Notes under the pieces: generated by a model
What the model saw: only the letters and a program-made list of their open reading frames with translations
The model's database searches: none
Told to the model about the DNA's origin: nothing
Shown: piece after piece, positions 17,765 to 28,212 of the stretch
Numbering within the stretch: position 1 is the stretch's first letter
How the letters are laid out: each line of letters starts with the position of its first letter
Assembly (NCBI GenBank): GCA_044229835.1
Contig: JBGASF010000085.1
Coordinates: 273 to 32,272 of the forward strand
DNA: 32,000 nt
Source of the DNA: Polyangia bacterium
GTDB lineage: Bacteria > Myxococcota_A > Polyangia > Haliangiales > JADYYK01
Reading direction: 5' to 3'
Made by a program: the position numbers and the translations under genes

Positions 17765-19549
17765 TCAACCGAAGCGCGTGCGCAGGGTGCGCACCACCTC
17801 GGCCTCGCGGGCCAGGCGGCGGCGCTCGGCGCCGAGCAGATCGCTGCGACTCAGGATCGCGACCACGGCGTGGGGCGCGGCGTGGCCCAGCACCGGGACG
17901 CGCCCGATGTCGGCCACCGCCATGATCTCCATGGCCTCGCGCAGGGTGGCGTCCTCGCGCACCGCGTGCACCGGGCCGGCGTGCAGGGCGGCGCGCACCG
18001 GGTCGCTGGCGGGGCGCGCGGGATCCAGCAGCTCGTCGCGGGTGACCATGCCGACCAGGACATCGCCGTCGACCACCGGGAAGCTGTGGTGCGCGGCCGC
18101 GGGGGCGTCACTGGCCAGCCAGGCGCGCACCTCGGCCAGCGAGCGCGCAGCGCCCAGCGTGCTGGGCGGGCGGCTGGCGACCTCGTGCACGCGCAGCTGG
18201 TGCAACGGATCGATCTCGTACTCGTCGGGCACCCGGGCGCCGCGCCGGGCCAGCTTCTCGGTCATGATCGACGTGCGCATGGTCAGGCTGGCGCTCAGGT
18301 AGGCCGCGCTGCAGCCGGCCAGCAGAGGGAGCAGCCCGCCCTGGTGGCGCGTGGTCTCGTAGGCGAACACCACCGAGGCCAGCAGCGCGCGCGAGGCGCC
18401 CGCGAACATCGCGGCCATGCCGACCAGGCCGGCGATGCGGATGTCGATGCCGAGGCCCGGCCACAGCGCGATCAGCCCGCCGCCGAGCAGCCCGCCCAGG
18501 CCGGCGCCCAGGGTGAACAGCGGCGCCAGCGTGCCGCCCGAGGTGCCGCTGCCCAGCGAGATGGTCCATGACACCCACTTGGCCAGCACCAGCAGCGCGA
18601 TCGCCCTGGGCAGCATGGCGCCCGAGGCCAGCGCCTCGATGTTGTCGTAGCCGACGCCCATGGTGCGCGGCGACAGCCAGCCGATGACACCGACCACCAG
18701 GCCGCCCAGCGCGGGCCACCACATCCAGTGCAGGCGCAGGCGTTCGAAGGCGTCCTCCACGGCATAGACCAGGCGCGACACCCCGGCCGAGGCCACGCCG
18801 ATGACCGCGCCGATGGCGACATAGCCGAGCAGGGCGGCGCCCGCGGGCTCGCTGATGTCGGGCATCAGGAAGGCGGGGTGGCTGCCCAGGAAGGCGATGC
18901 GCACCGCGGCGGCGGTCGCGGCGGCCAGCGCGACCGGGATCAGCGAGCGCGGGCGCAGCTCGAACAGCAGGAGCTCGATCGCCAGCAGGACGGCGGCGAC
19001 CGGGCTGCCGAAGGTGGCCGACATGCCCGCGGCGGCGCCCGCGGCCAGCAGCGTCTTGCGCTCGCCGTGGGTGACCGGCAGCAGCTGGCCGAGCAGCGAG
19101 CCCAGCGCGCCGCCGGTGGCGATGATGGGGCCCTCGGCGCCGAAGGGGCCGCCGGTGCCGATCGAGATGGCGGCCGACAGCGGCTTGAGGATGGTCATGC
19201 GGGCGGGCACCTTGCTGTCGTTGTAGAGCACCTGCTCCATGGCCTCGGGGATGCCGTGGCCACGGATGGCGGGGCTGCCGAAGCGCGCCATCACGCCGAT
19301 GAGCAGCGCGCCGGCGACCGGGATGGCGATGACCCAGGGGCCCAGGTGGTGGCCGGCGGGGCCGACCCAGCTGGCGCTGAGGCGGCCGTGGAAGGCCAGG
19401 TTGGTGATGAGGGCGATGAGGTGGGTCAGCCCCTGCGCGGCCACCGCGGCGGCGGCGGCGACCAGGACGGCGAGCAGCGAGATGGCGACCACGCGGGGGG
19501 TGATGACGGCACGCGACGCCGAGGTCTGCCGTGGGTCAGGTCCGGGCAT
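17765..19549 (-). CDS. ClC-family chloride channel / Cl-/H+ antiporter with C-terminal CBS domains
   Basis: 594 aa. Selectivity-filter motifs are GSPAIRGHGIPE, GTGGPFGAEGPII and GTSGGTLAPLF. The C-terminal roughly 140 aa resemble a CBS pair (FPVVDGDVLVGMVTRDEL, RVPVLG....VVAILSRSDLL). Confidence 0.92.
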   Translation of the reverse strand: MPGPDPRQTSASRAVITPRVVAISLLAVLVAAAAAVAAQGLTHLIALITNLAFHGRLSASWVGPAGHHLGPWVIAIPVAGALLIGVMARFGSPAIRGHGIPEAMEQVLYNDSKVPARMTILKPLSAAISIGTGGPFGAEGPIIATGGALGSLLGQLLPVTHGERKTLLAAGAAAGMSATFGSPVAAVLLAIELLLFELRPRSLIPVALAAATAAAVRIAFLGSHPAFLMPDISEPAGAALLGYVAIGAVIGVASAGVSRLVYAVEDAFERLRLHWMWWPALGGLVVGVIGWLSPRTMGVGYDNIEALASGAMLPRAIALLVLAKWVSWTISLGSGTSGGTLAPLFTLGAGLGGLLGGGLIALWPGLGIDIRIAGLVGMAAMFAGASRALLASVVFAYETTRHQGGLLPLLAGCSAAYLSASLTMRTSIMTEKLARRGARVPDEYEIDPLHQLRVHEVASRPPSTLGAARSLAEVRAWLASDAPAAAHHSFPVVDGDVLVGMVTRDELLDPARPASDPVRAALHAGPVHAVREDATLREAMEIMAVADIGRVPVLGHAAPHAVVAILSRSDLLGAERRRLAREAEVVRTLRTRFG

Positions 19550-19556
19550 TTCGAGA

Positions 19557-19576
19557 TTCCATGGGATCCCATGGAA
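19557..19576. promoter_or_regulatory. Perfect 20-bp palindrome (putative operator or 5'-UTR hairpin) upstream of the ClC gene
   Basis: ttccatggga|tcccatggaa is a 10+10 palindrome with no spacer. It ends 7 nt upstream of the ClC ATG (19547..19549, minus strand). A TTGACG hexamer (19594..19599, minus strand) lies 17 nt further upstream. Confidence 0.5.
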
Positions 19577-19601
19577 TATGACCGAGGCGGATCCGTCAAG
19601 C

Positions 19602-19655
19602 CACGAGCACGAGCACGGGCACGGGCACGGGCACGAGCACGGGCACAGGCACGCG
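19602..19655. repeat. Intergenic hexanucleotide microsatellite (CACGRG), about 9 units
   Basis: cacgag cacgag cacggg cacggg cacggg cacgag cacggg cacagg cacgcg. It lies between the MarR stop and the ClC start. Confidence 0.9.
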
Positions 19656-19664
19656 TGCCCGTGC
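19643..19664 (-). terminator. Hairpin downstream of the MarR gene (putative terminator)
   Basis: gcac-a-ggcacg|cgtgcc-c-gtgc gives 10 bp with one A/C mismatch, centred on the 12-nt palindrome ggcacgcgtgcc. It lies about 25 nt after the MarR stop (19689..19691). Confidence 0.45.
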
Positions 19665-19688
19665 GAGCGTGTCAGCGGGTGGGGGAGG

Positions 19689-20225
19689 TCAGGCGCGGCG
19701 CGGGCGGCGCGTGCTCGGGCGCGGCGACTCTTCGAAGAACATCGTCGGCGGCTCGGAGTCGATCCCCATGGCGGCGCTCAGCGCCTCCATCGAGGTGCGC
19801 AGCGCCTTGCGGGTGGTCGGTGACAGCGAGCGGATGGCGGCGATGAGGCCGACCTGCACCGGCATCGGCGCGCGCGCGCACAGGGCGCGGCCGGCGGCCG
19901 TCAGAGACAGCTCGCGGCGGCGGCGATCCGCGGCCGACGGTGTGCGCGCGACCAGGCGGCGCGCGACCAGGCGCGCGACCACCACCGAGACCGAGCTGGG
20001 ATCGGTCAGGGTGCGGCTGGCCAGCTCGGCCAGCGAGGCGGCTGGGCTGTGGCCGAGCTCGTGCAGCACGAACAGCTGGGCCCCGCTCAGGCCGACGCTG
20101 TTCTCGGCGCGGTGGGCGGAGGTGCGCAGCGCGCGGACGATCCGTCGCAGCGCGTCGAGCGCCTGGGAGGCATCGTCGCCAGCATGCATGAGGTCCGTGT
20201 TATGCGACCGCTGCACATTCGTCAA
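19689..20225 (-). CDS. MarR-family transcriptional regulator
   Basis: The winged-helix region reads LSGAQLFVLHELGHSPAASLAELASRTLTDPSSVSVVVARLVARRLVARTPSAADRRRRELSLTAAG. The track start is TTG at 20225. An alternative ATG at 20188 (MHAGDD...) is possible. Confidence 0.88.
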   Translation of the reverse strand: MTNVQRSHNTDLMHAGDDASQALDALRRIVRALRTSAHRAENSVGLSGAQLFVLHELGHSPAASLAELASRTLTDPSSVSVVVARLVARRLVARTPSAADRRRRELSLTAAGRALCARAPMPVQVGLIAAIRSLSPTTRKALRTSMEALSAAMGIDSEPPTMFFEESPRPSTRRPRRA

Positions 20226-20245
20226 GCGCAGACAATGCGCGCGGT

Positions 20246-20764
20246 TCAGGACGCCATGCAGGCGCGCAGGCGCAGCTTGGCGCGGTGCAGCTGCACCGCC
20301 ACGTTGCCCGGGCTGGTGCCCAGCAGGCGGGCGACGTCCTCCCCTGGGACCTCGTCGACCAGGCGCAGATCGGCGACCGCTCGCTGCATGGCGCTGAGGG
20401 TCGAGGCGCAGCCCACCGCGAGCGCGTGGGCCTCGGCCTGCTCGACCAGCTGGTCGGCGCCGGCGCGCTCGGCGGGCAGCGCGGCCAGGGTGGCGTCATC
20501 ACCGAGGTGGCTGCGCGCGCGATCGTGGCGGCGGCGGCGGTTGCGCGCCAGGTTGCGCGCCAGCACCGTCAGCAGCTTGGCCGAGTCGTCGGGCGCCTCC
20601 ACCAGCAGGCGGGCCTGGGGCAGGGTCAGGAAGCTGTGGAAGGTGTCCTGCACACAGTCGAGGGCGTCCTCGGCATCGAGGCCCTCGCGCCGGGCGACGC
20701 GGATCAGGCGCGCGCGCTGCTCATGCACCAGGTGGGTGACCCAGCCCAGGAAGGTGCTCTGCAT
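20246..20764 (-). CDS. ECF-type RNA polymerase sigma-70 family factor
   Basis: 172 aa. Region 2 reads DAEDALDCVQDTFHSFL. Region 4 is the HTH PGEDVARLLGTSPGNVAVQLHRAKLRL. The ATG is preceded by GGAGGTGAT, the reverse complement of 20775..20783. Confidence 0.9.
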   Translation of the reverse strand: MQSTFLGWVTHLVHEQRARLIRVARREGLDAEDALDCVQDTFHSFLTLPQARLLVEAPDDSAKLLTVLARNLARNRRRRHDRARSHLGDDATLAALPAERAGADQLVEQAEAHALAVGCASTLSAMQRAVADLRLVDEVPGEDVARLLGTSPGNVAVQLHRAKLRLRACMAS

Positions 20765-20776
20765 GACGGCAAGATA

Positions 20777-21274
20777 TCACCTCCGTTCGGGCCGCAAGAT
20801 GAGGCAGGTCGAGGTCGCGTGGGCGCACAGCTCACCGGCGGCGTCGTACAGGTGGGCCTGCGAGGTCGCCACCCGTGAGCCGGCGCTGAGCACGCTGCCC
20901 TGGCAGCGCAGCCGCCCGCTGGCGCTGGTCACGGCGCGCAGGAAGGACACCTTGAGCTCGAGCGTGGTGTAGCCCACCCCGGCGGGCAGCGTGGAGTGCA
21001 CCGCGGCGCCCGCGGCGGAGTCGCACAGGGTGGCCAGCACGCCGCCGTGCACCGAGCCGATCGGGTTGTAGAGGTACTCGCCCGGGGTCAGCTCGAAGAC
21101 CACGCGCCCGACGTCGACCTCGGTGAGCTGGAAGCCCAGGCACTCGGCCACCGGCGCGGCCTGGATGATGTCGCGTCCGGCGATCGAACGCAGGAACTCG
21201 ACCCCGGGCAGCTCGCGGGCGCGGGCGGCCACGGCGCTGGGGTCATGCCACTGGAAGCTGCGGGTTCTGTCCAT
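20777..21274 (-). CDS. PaaI/hotdog-fold acyl-CoA thioesterase
   Basis: The motif NPIGSVHGGVLATLCDSAAGAAV is typical of the PaaI/YdiI thioesterase family. I prefer the ATG at 21274 (MDRTRSFQW..., 165 aa) over the 218-aa track ORF. Confidence 0.85.
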   Translation of the reverse strand: MDRTRSFQWHDPSAVAARARELPGVEFLRSIAGRDIIQAAPVAECLGFQLTEVDVGRVVFELTPGEYLYNPIGSVHGGVLATLCDSAAGAAVHSTLPAGVGYTTLELKVSFLRAVTSASGRLRCQGSVLSAGSRVATSQAHLYDAAGELCAHATSTCLILRPERR

Positions 21275-21399
21275 GCATGTAGAGGTGCCGAGGCGGGCGG
21301 ACATTACAGCCCCAGCGAAGCGCAGCTTCGCAAAGGCTGCTCTGGCTCCGTCCCAGCCAGCAAGTGGCCGAAACCTGGCGGCCTCGGCGGCGCGCTCGC

Positions 21400-21405
21400 T
21401 ATACT
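21400..21405 (+). promoter_or_regulatory. Possible -10 element (TATACT) 6 nt upstream of the kinase GTG start (possible leaderless mRNA)
   Basis: The sequence reads gctcgcTATACTcggcccGTG. No SD motif lies between the hexamer and the start, and no convincing -35 element was found. Confidence 0.3.
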
Positions 21406-21411
21406 CGGCCC

Positions 21412-24138
<2,727 letters not shown>

Positions 24139-24156
24139 CGCGTCGCGCTCGAGGGC

Positions 24157-25725
24157 TCAGGGCGTGGCGGCGGAGTCGAGGCGCAGCCGGGTGATCAGGG
24201 CGTGGCCACCGTTGCGCGGCACGTAGCCGCCGTCGGAGCCGCTGCCGGTGCGCGTCAGCACCCGGCGGGCGTCGATGCCCTGGGCGACCAGGTACTCCTT
24301 GACCTTGCGCGCGCGGATGCTGGCGACCGTGAGGGGGTGGTAGTTGTCGCTCTCGAGCGAGCCCGAGAAGCCGGTGACGCGGACGCCCAGGGTGGGGTCC
24401 TGGCGCAGCTCCTCGACCAGCAGGTCGAGGAACACGTCGGCCTTGGTGGAGACCACGGCGTCGTTGCTGGTGAAGCCGACCTTGAGGGGCTTCAGGCCGA
24501 GGTCGGTCCAGGTGGCGCCGTCATAGTCGATGGTGGCTGCGGGGGAGGGATCGAACAGGGGATCGGGGACGGGGCTCGGGTCGGGAGTGGGCTCCGGGGT
24601 CGGGTCGAAGAGCGGGTCGGGCGTGGGCTCCGGGGTCGGGTCGAGCAGCGGGTCGGGCGTGGGCTCGGCGGAGGGGTCGATCCCGGTCGGCACGGCGGCA
24701 TCGGCTGCGGCGGCGAGTGCGTGGTGAGGTGTGGGCTCGGGGCGCGTGGCCAGGTAGCCGACCACGCCGGCGAAGACCACGACGGCGGCGGCGAGCGCGA
24801 GCCACAGCGCGGCGCGGCCCCTGGCGCGCGGGGGCGCGGACGTGCTGGTGCTGGTGGACGTGCTGGTGCTGGGGGACGTGCCGGGGGGCCGCAGCGCCGC
24901 GGCCATCTCGTTACAGCTGGCGAAGCGCTGCGTGGGGTCGACCGCCAGGGCGCGCCGGATCACCGCGGCGATGCCGGGATCCAGCCCGGGTCGCACCTCG
25001 TCGGCGGGGCGCTGGCCGCCGCGCACGATCTTCTCCATCACGTCGAAGTCGCTGTCGCCGCCGAAGGCCGGCTCGAGGGTGGCCAGCTCGTACAGCAGCG
25101 CGCCCAGCGAGAACACGTCGGAGCGCGGCGTGACCTCCTTGGCGCGGCGGATCTGCTCGGGGCTCATGTACGACAGCGTGCCCATGCGGGCGTCGGCGTG
25201 GGTCGAGCGCTTCTTGCCGCTGCCCGCGGCGGCCTCGACCTTGGCGATGCCGAAGTCGCCGACCTTGGGGACGAGCGGCGCGCCGGGACGCCGCTGCAGC
25301 AGGACGTTGGCCGGCTTGAGGTCGCGGTGGATCACGCCGCGGGCATGGGCGTGGCCGACCGCGGCCAGCACCGGCAGCATCAGCGCGCGGATGACCTCGG
25401 CCTCGGGCGGGCGCTTCTGCTCGGCCAGCCACCCCTCCAGCGAGGGGCCCTCGACCAGCTCCATCACCAGGGCCGCCACCGAGGCGGTGGCCACGATGCC
25501 GGTCACCTTCACGATGTGCGGATGATCGAGGACCTTGGCGCCCAGCTTGGCCTCGTCGAGGAAGCGCTGGCGGGCGTCGGCGTTGGCGCGCACCTCGGGA
25601 TCCAGCACCTTGAGCGCGTGCAGCGTCTCCAGCAGGGCGTGGCGCACGCGATACACCCGCGCCATGCCCCCGCCGCCGAGCTCGGCCTCGACGACATAGT
25701 CCCCGATCTGCGTCCCTGGCTGCAC
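24157..25725 (-). CDS. Ser/Thr protein kinase with a TM segment, Pro/Thr-rich repeats and a C-terminal OmpA-like domain
   Basis: The GTG at 25725 gives VQPGTQIGDYVVEAELGGGGMARVY. Kinase motifs are HRDLKPANVLL, GDFGIAK and GTLSYMSPE. An STSTSTSTS stretch and the TM segment LWLALAAAVVVFAGVVGYL follow. Next come PTPEPTPDPLFD repeats. The tail VGFTSNDAVV...VTGFSGSLESDNYHPLTVASIRARKVKEYLVAQGID is OmpA-C-like. Confidence 0.85.
   Translation of the reverse strand: MQPGTQIGDYVVEAELGGGGMARVYRVRHALLETLHALKVLDPEVRANADARQRFLDEAKLGAKVLDHPHIVKVTGIVATASVAALVMELVEGPSLEGWLAEQKRPPEAEVIRALMLPVLAAVGHAHARGVIHRDLKPANVLLQRRPGAPLVPKVGDFGIAKVEAAAGSGKKRSTHADARMGTLSYMSPEQIRRAKEVTPRSDVFSLGALLYELATLEPAFGGDSDFDVMEKIVRGGQRPADEVRPGLDPGIAAVIRRALAVDPTQRFASCNEMAAALRPPGTSPSTSTSTSTSTSAPPRARGRAALWLALAAAVVVFAGVVGYLATRPEPTPHHALAAAADAAVPTGIDPSAEPTPDPLLDPTPEPTPDPLFDPTPEPTPDPSPVPDPLFDPSPAATIDYDGATWTDLGLKPLKVGFTSNDAVVSTKADVFLDLLVEELRQDPTLGVRVTGFSGSLESDNYHPLTVASIRARKVKEYLVAQGIDARRVLTRTGSGSDGGYVPRNGGHALITRLRLDSAATP
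24545..24680 (-). repeat. Coding tandem repeat (36-nt unit, about 3 copies) encoding PTPEPTPDPL(F/L)D
   Basis: Units at 24589..24624 and 24625..24660 differ at 2 positions (gaag versus gagc), with partial copies on both sides. A second 18-nt repeat at 24838..24879 encodes the STSTST stretch. Confidence 0.85.
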
Positions 25726-25792
25726 GAATCCCCCAGGCCATAGTACCCCGTGGCATGATGAAGTGATGCCTGGGGCCGGAGCGGGGGCAAGC

Positions 25793-26182
25793 ATGGCTGA
25801 GCTGTCGGTTCTCCTGGTCGAGGACAACGAGCAGAACCTCGAGCTGGCGCAGTTCCTCCTCGAGGAGGCCGGCGTCGCCGTCGCGGTGGCGCGGGACGCC
25901 GACGCGGCGCGCGCGGCCTGGGGCCAGCCCGGGCTGGGCTGTGTGCTGATGGACATGGATCTCGGCGGCACCGACGGCCTGACGCTGGTGCGCGAGCTGC
26001 GCGCGCAGCCGGCCACCGCGACCCTGCCGGTGATCGCGCTGACCGCCCACGCCATGCGGGGAGATCGCGAGCGCTTCCTGGCCTGCGGCTGCTCGGGCTA
26101 CATCGCCAAGCCGATCCAGCCCCGGCTGTTCGTGGACGAGGTCAGGAAGATCACCGCCGCCGCGGGTGGGGGCGCCCGGTGA
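25793..26182 (+). CDS. Single-domain response regulator (CheY-like receiver)
   Basis: The protein reads MAELSVLLVEDNEQNLEL...CVLMDMDLGGTDG (phospho-acceptor Asp)...LPVIALTAHA...YIAKP. I prefer the ATG at 25793 over 25763. Confidence 0.9.
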   Translation: MAELSVLLVEDNEQNLELAQFLLEEAGVAVAVARDADAARAAWGQPGLGCVLMDMDLGGTDGLTLVRELRAQPATATLPVIALTAHAMRGDRERFLACGCSGYIAKPIQPRLFVDEVRKITAAAGGGAR

Positions 26183-28158
26183 GCGCGCCCGACACCGGGG
26201 CGATCTCGCCCGATGAGCTGCTGGGTGCGCCCGGGTTCGTGCTGGCGGTGGACGACCAGGAGATGAACCTCGAGCTGGTCGACGCCATCCTGGGCATGGA
26301 GGGCTTCGAGGTCGAGACCGTGAGCTCGGGCGCCGCGGCGCTGGCGGCGGTGGCGCGCCGGCAGCCCGACTGCATCGTGCTCGACGTCATGATGCCGGGC
26401 ATGAACGGCTTCGAGGTCGCGCGCCGCCTCAAGGCCGATCGGCACACGCGCTGGATCCCGATCGTGATGCTGACCGCGCTCAGCGAGGTCGAGGCCAAGG
26501 TGCAGGGGCTGGAGGTTGGCGCCGACGACTTCCTCAACAAGCCGGTGGATCGGCTGGAGCTCATCGCGCGGGTGCGCTCGCTGGTCAAGATCCGCCGCCT
26601 GCGCGCGGAGCTCGAGACCTCCGAGGACATCATCTTCTCGATGGCGCGCGCGCTGGAGAGCAAGAGCCCGGTGATGGCGGGCCACAGTGAGCGCGTCGCC
26701 GCCGGGGCGCTGCGCCTGGCCACCGCGCTGGGGCTGCCGGTCAGCGCCATCGACACCATCGGCAAGGCGGCCTGCCTGCACGACCTCGGGCAGATCGGCG
26801 TGCCCGAGCGGGTGCTGGAGGCAGCGCGCCCGCTCAGCGGCGACGACCTGACGGCGTTCCGCCCGCACGCCGAGATCGGCGCGCGCATCCTGGCCCCGCT
26901 GGAGGGCTTCGCCGGGGTGCGCGAGATCATCCGTCACCACCACGAGCGCCGCGATGGCTCGGGCTATCCCGAGGGGCTGCGCGGCGAGGCGGTGCCGGTG
27001 GGCGCCGAGATCGTCGGGCTGGTCGACTGCTACGTCGATCTGTCGGCGCGCCAGGGCCGCGCCGCGGCCGAGGCCGCGGTGCGCGAGATGGCCGGGCGCG
27101 AGTTCGGGCGCGCGCTGGTGATGAAGCTGCTCGAGCTGCCGGCGGTGCTGGCCGGAGAGCTGCCCGCGGGCGGCTGGGAGTCGCTGCTGCCGGTGGTGGC
27201 GCCGTCCCGACCCGGGCGCATCGTGGTGGCCGACGATTCCCCCAGCAACCGTGAGCTCCTGATGGAGGTGCTGACCTCGGCCGGGCACCAGGTCGTCCTG
27301 GTCAACAGCGGTGTGGCCGCGCGGCAGGCCATCGAGCGCGAGCTGCCCGATCTGGTGGTCACCGACGTGCGCATGCCGGGCCTCGACGGCTTCGAGCTGT
27401 GCCAGACGCTGAAGGCGCACCCGCGCACCGAGCTTCTGCCCGTCATCCTGGTCACCGCGGAGAAGGGCGTCGACGATCGCAAGCGCGGGGTCGCGGTCGG
27501 CGCCGACGACTTCTTGCTGGTGCCCATCAACCACCAGGAGCTGGTGGCGCGCGTGCGCTCGCTGCTCAGGCTGCACCACCTGGCGCTCGATCTCGAGCAT
27601 CACCAGGCCGTCATCCTGTCGCTGGCCAACGCCATGGAGGCCAAGGATCCCTACACCCACGGCCACTCCGAGCGCGTCGGCGCCTTCGCGGAGTCGCTGG
27701 GCCGCCAGCTGGCCTTGCCCGAGGACACCTGCCAGCTGCTGCGCGTCGCGGGCTACCTGCACGACATCGGCAAGATCGGCATCCCGGAGCGGCTGCTGTG
27801 CAAGCCGGGCAAGCTGACCGCCGACGAGTTCCAGACCATTGTCAGCCACCCCTCGATGGGCGAGGTGATCTGTCGCCCGCTGCGCACGGTGCGGCGCGTG
27901 CTGCCGCTCATCAAGCACCACCACGAGCGCTTCGACGGCAACGGCTATCCCGACCACCTGGCCGGCGAGGCCATCCCGCTGGGGGCGCGGGTGCTGGCGC
28001 TGGCCGACGCCTATGACGCGCTGACCTCGGAGCGCAGCTACCGCAAGGCGCTGCCCCAGGCGGAGGCGCTGTCGATCCTGGCGCGGGAGACCGCGGACGG
28101 GAAGTGGGATCCGAAGATCTATGCGGCGCTGCGGGTGATGCTGGCGCGGACGGGGTAG
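26179..28158 (+). CDS. Tandem REC-HD-GYP-REC-HD-GYP protein (putative cyclic-dinucleotide phosphodiesterase response regulator)
   Basis: The GTG overlaps the upstream stop (GTGA). REC1 reads VLAVDDQEMNLEL...IVLDVMMPGMNGFE. HD-GYP1 reads HSERVA...CLHDLGQIG...RHHHERRDGSGYPEGL. REC2, from about 27217, reads IVVADDSPSNREL...VVTDVRMPGLDGFE. HD-GYP2 reads HGHSERVG...YLHDIGKIG...KHHHERFDGNGYPDHL...ADAYDALTSERSYR. Confidence 0.9.
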   Translation: MSAPDTGAISPDELLGAPGFVLAVDDQEMNLELVDAILGMEGFEVETVSSGAAALAAVARRQPDCIVLDVMMPGMNGFEVARRLKADRHTRWIPIVMLTALSEVEAKVQGLEVGADDFLNKPVDRLELIARVRSLVKIRRLRAELETSEDIIFSMARALESKSPVMAGHSERVAAGALRLATALGLPVSAIDTIGKAACLHDLGQIGVPERVLEAARPLSGDDLTAFRPHAEIGARILAPLEGFAGVREIIRHHHERRDGSGYPEGLRGEAVPVGAEIVGLVDCYVDLSARQGRAAAEAAVREMAGREFGRALVMKLLELPAVLAGELPAGGWESLLPVVAPSRPGRIVVADDSPSNRELLMEVLTSAGHQVVLVNSGVAARQAIERELPDLVVTDVRMPGLDGFELCQTLKAHPRTELLPVILVTAEKGVDDRKRGVAVGADDFLLVPINHQELVARVRSLLRLHHLALDLEHHQAVILSLANAMEAKDPYTHGHSERVGAFAESLGRQLALPEDTCQLLRVAGYLHDIGKIGIPERLLCKPGKLTADEFQTIVSHPSMGEVICRPLRTVRRVLPLIKHHHERFDGNGYPDHLAGEAIPLGARVLALADAYDALTSERSYRKALPQAEALSILARETADGKWDPKIYAALRVMLARTG

Positions 28159-28170
28159 GGCGAAAGGAAG

Positions 28171-28212
28171 GGAAGCGGAGTCGGAGCCGGAGTCGGAACC
28201 GGAGTCGGACAG
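28171..28212. repeat. Intergenic hexanucleotide microsatellite (GGARYC), about 7 units
   Basis: ggaagc ggagtc ggagcc ggagtc ggaacc ggagtc ggacag. It starts 12 nt after the HD-GYP stop (TAG 28156..28158). Confidence 0.9.

Noticed and set aside
19550-19688. Fluoride (crcB-motif) riboswitch upstream of the ClC gene
   Set aside because: Fluoride riboswitches often precede ClC-F genes. However, the minus-strand leader shows none of the conserved riboswitch core as I recall it (GGnGAUGG...CUGAUGA-like). The region is instead occupied by a microsatellite, a hairpin and a palindrome. The channel also carries CBS domains, which as far as I recall ClC-F proteins lack.
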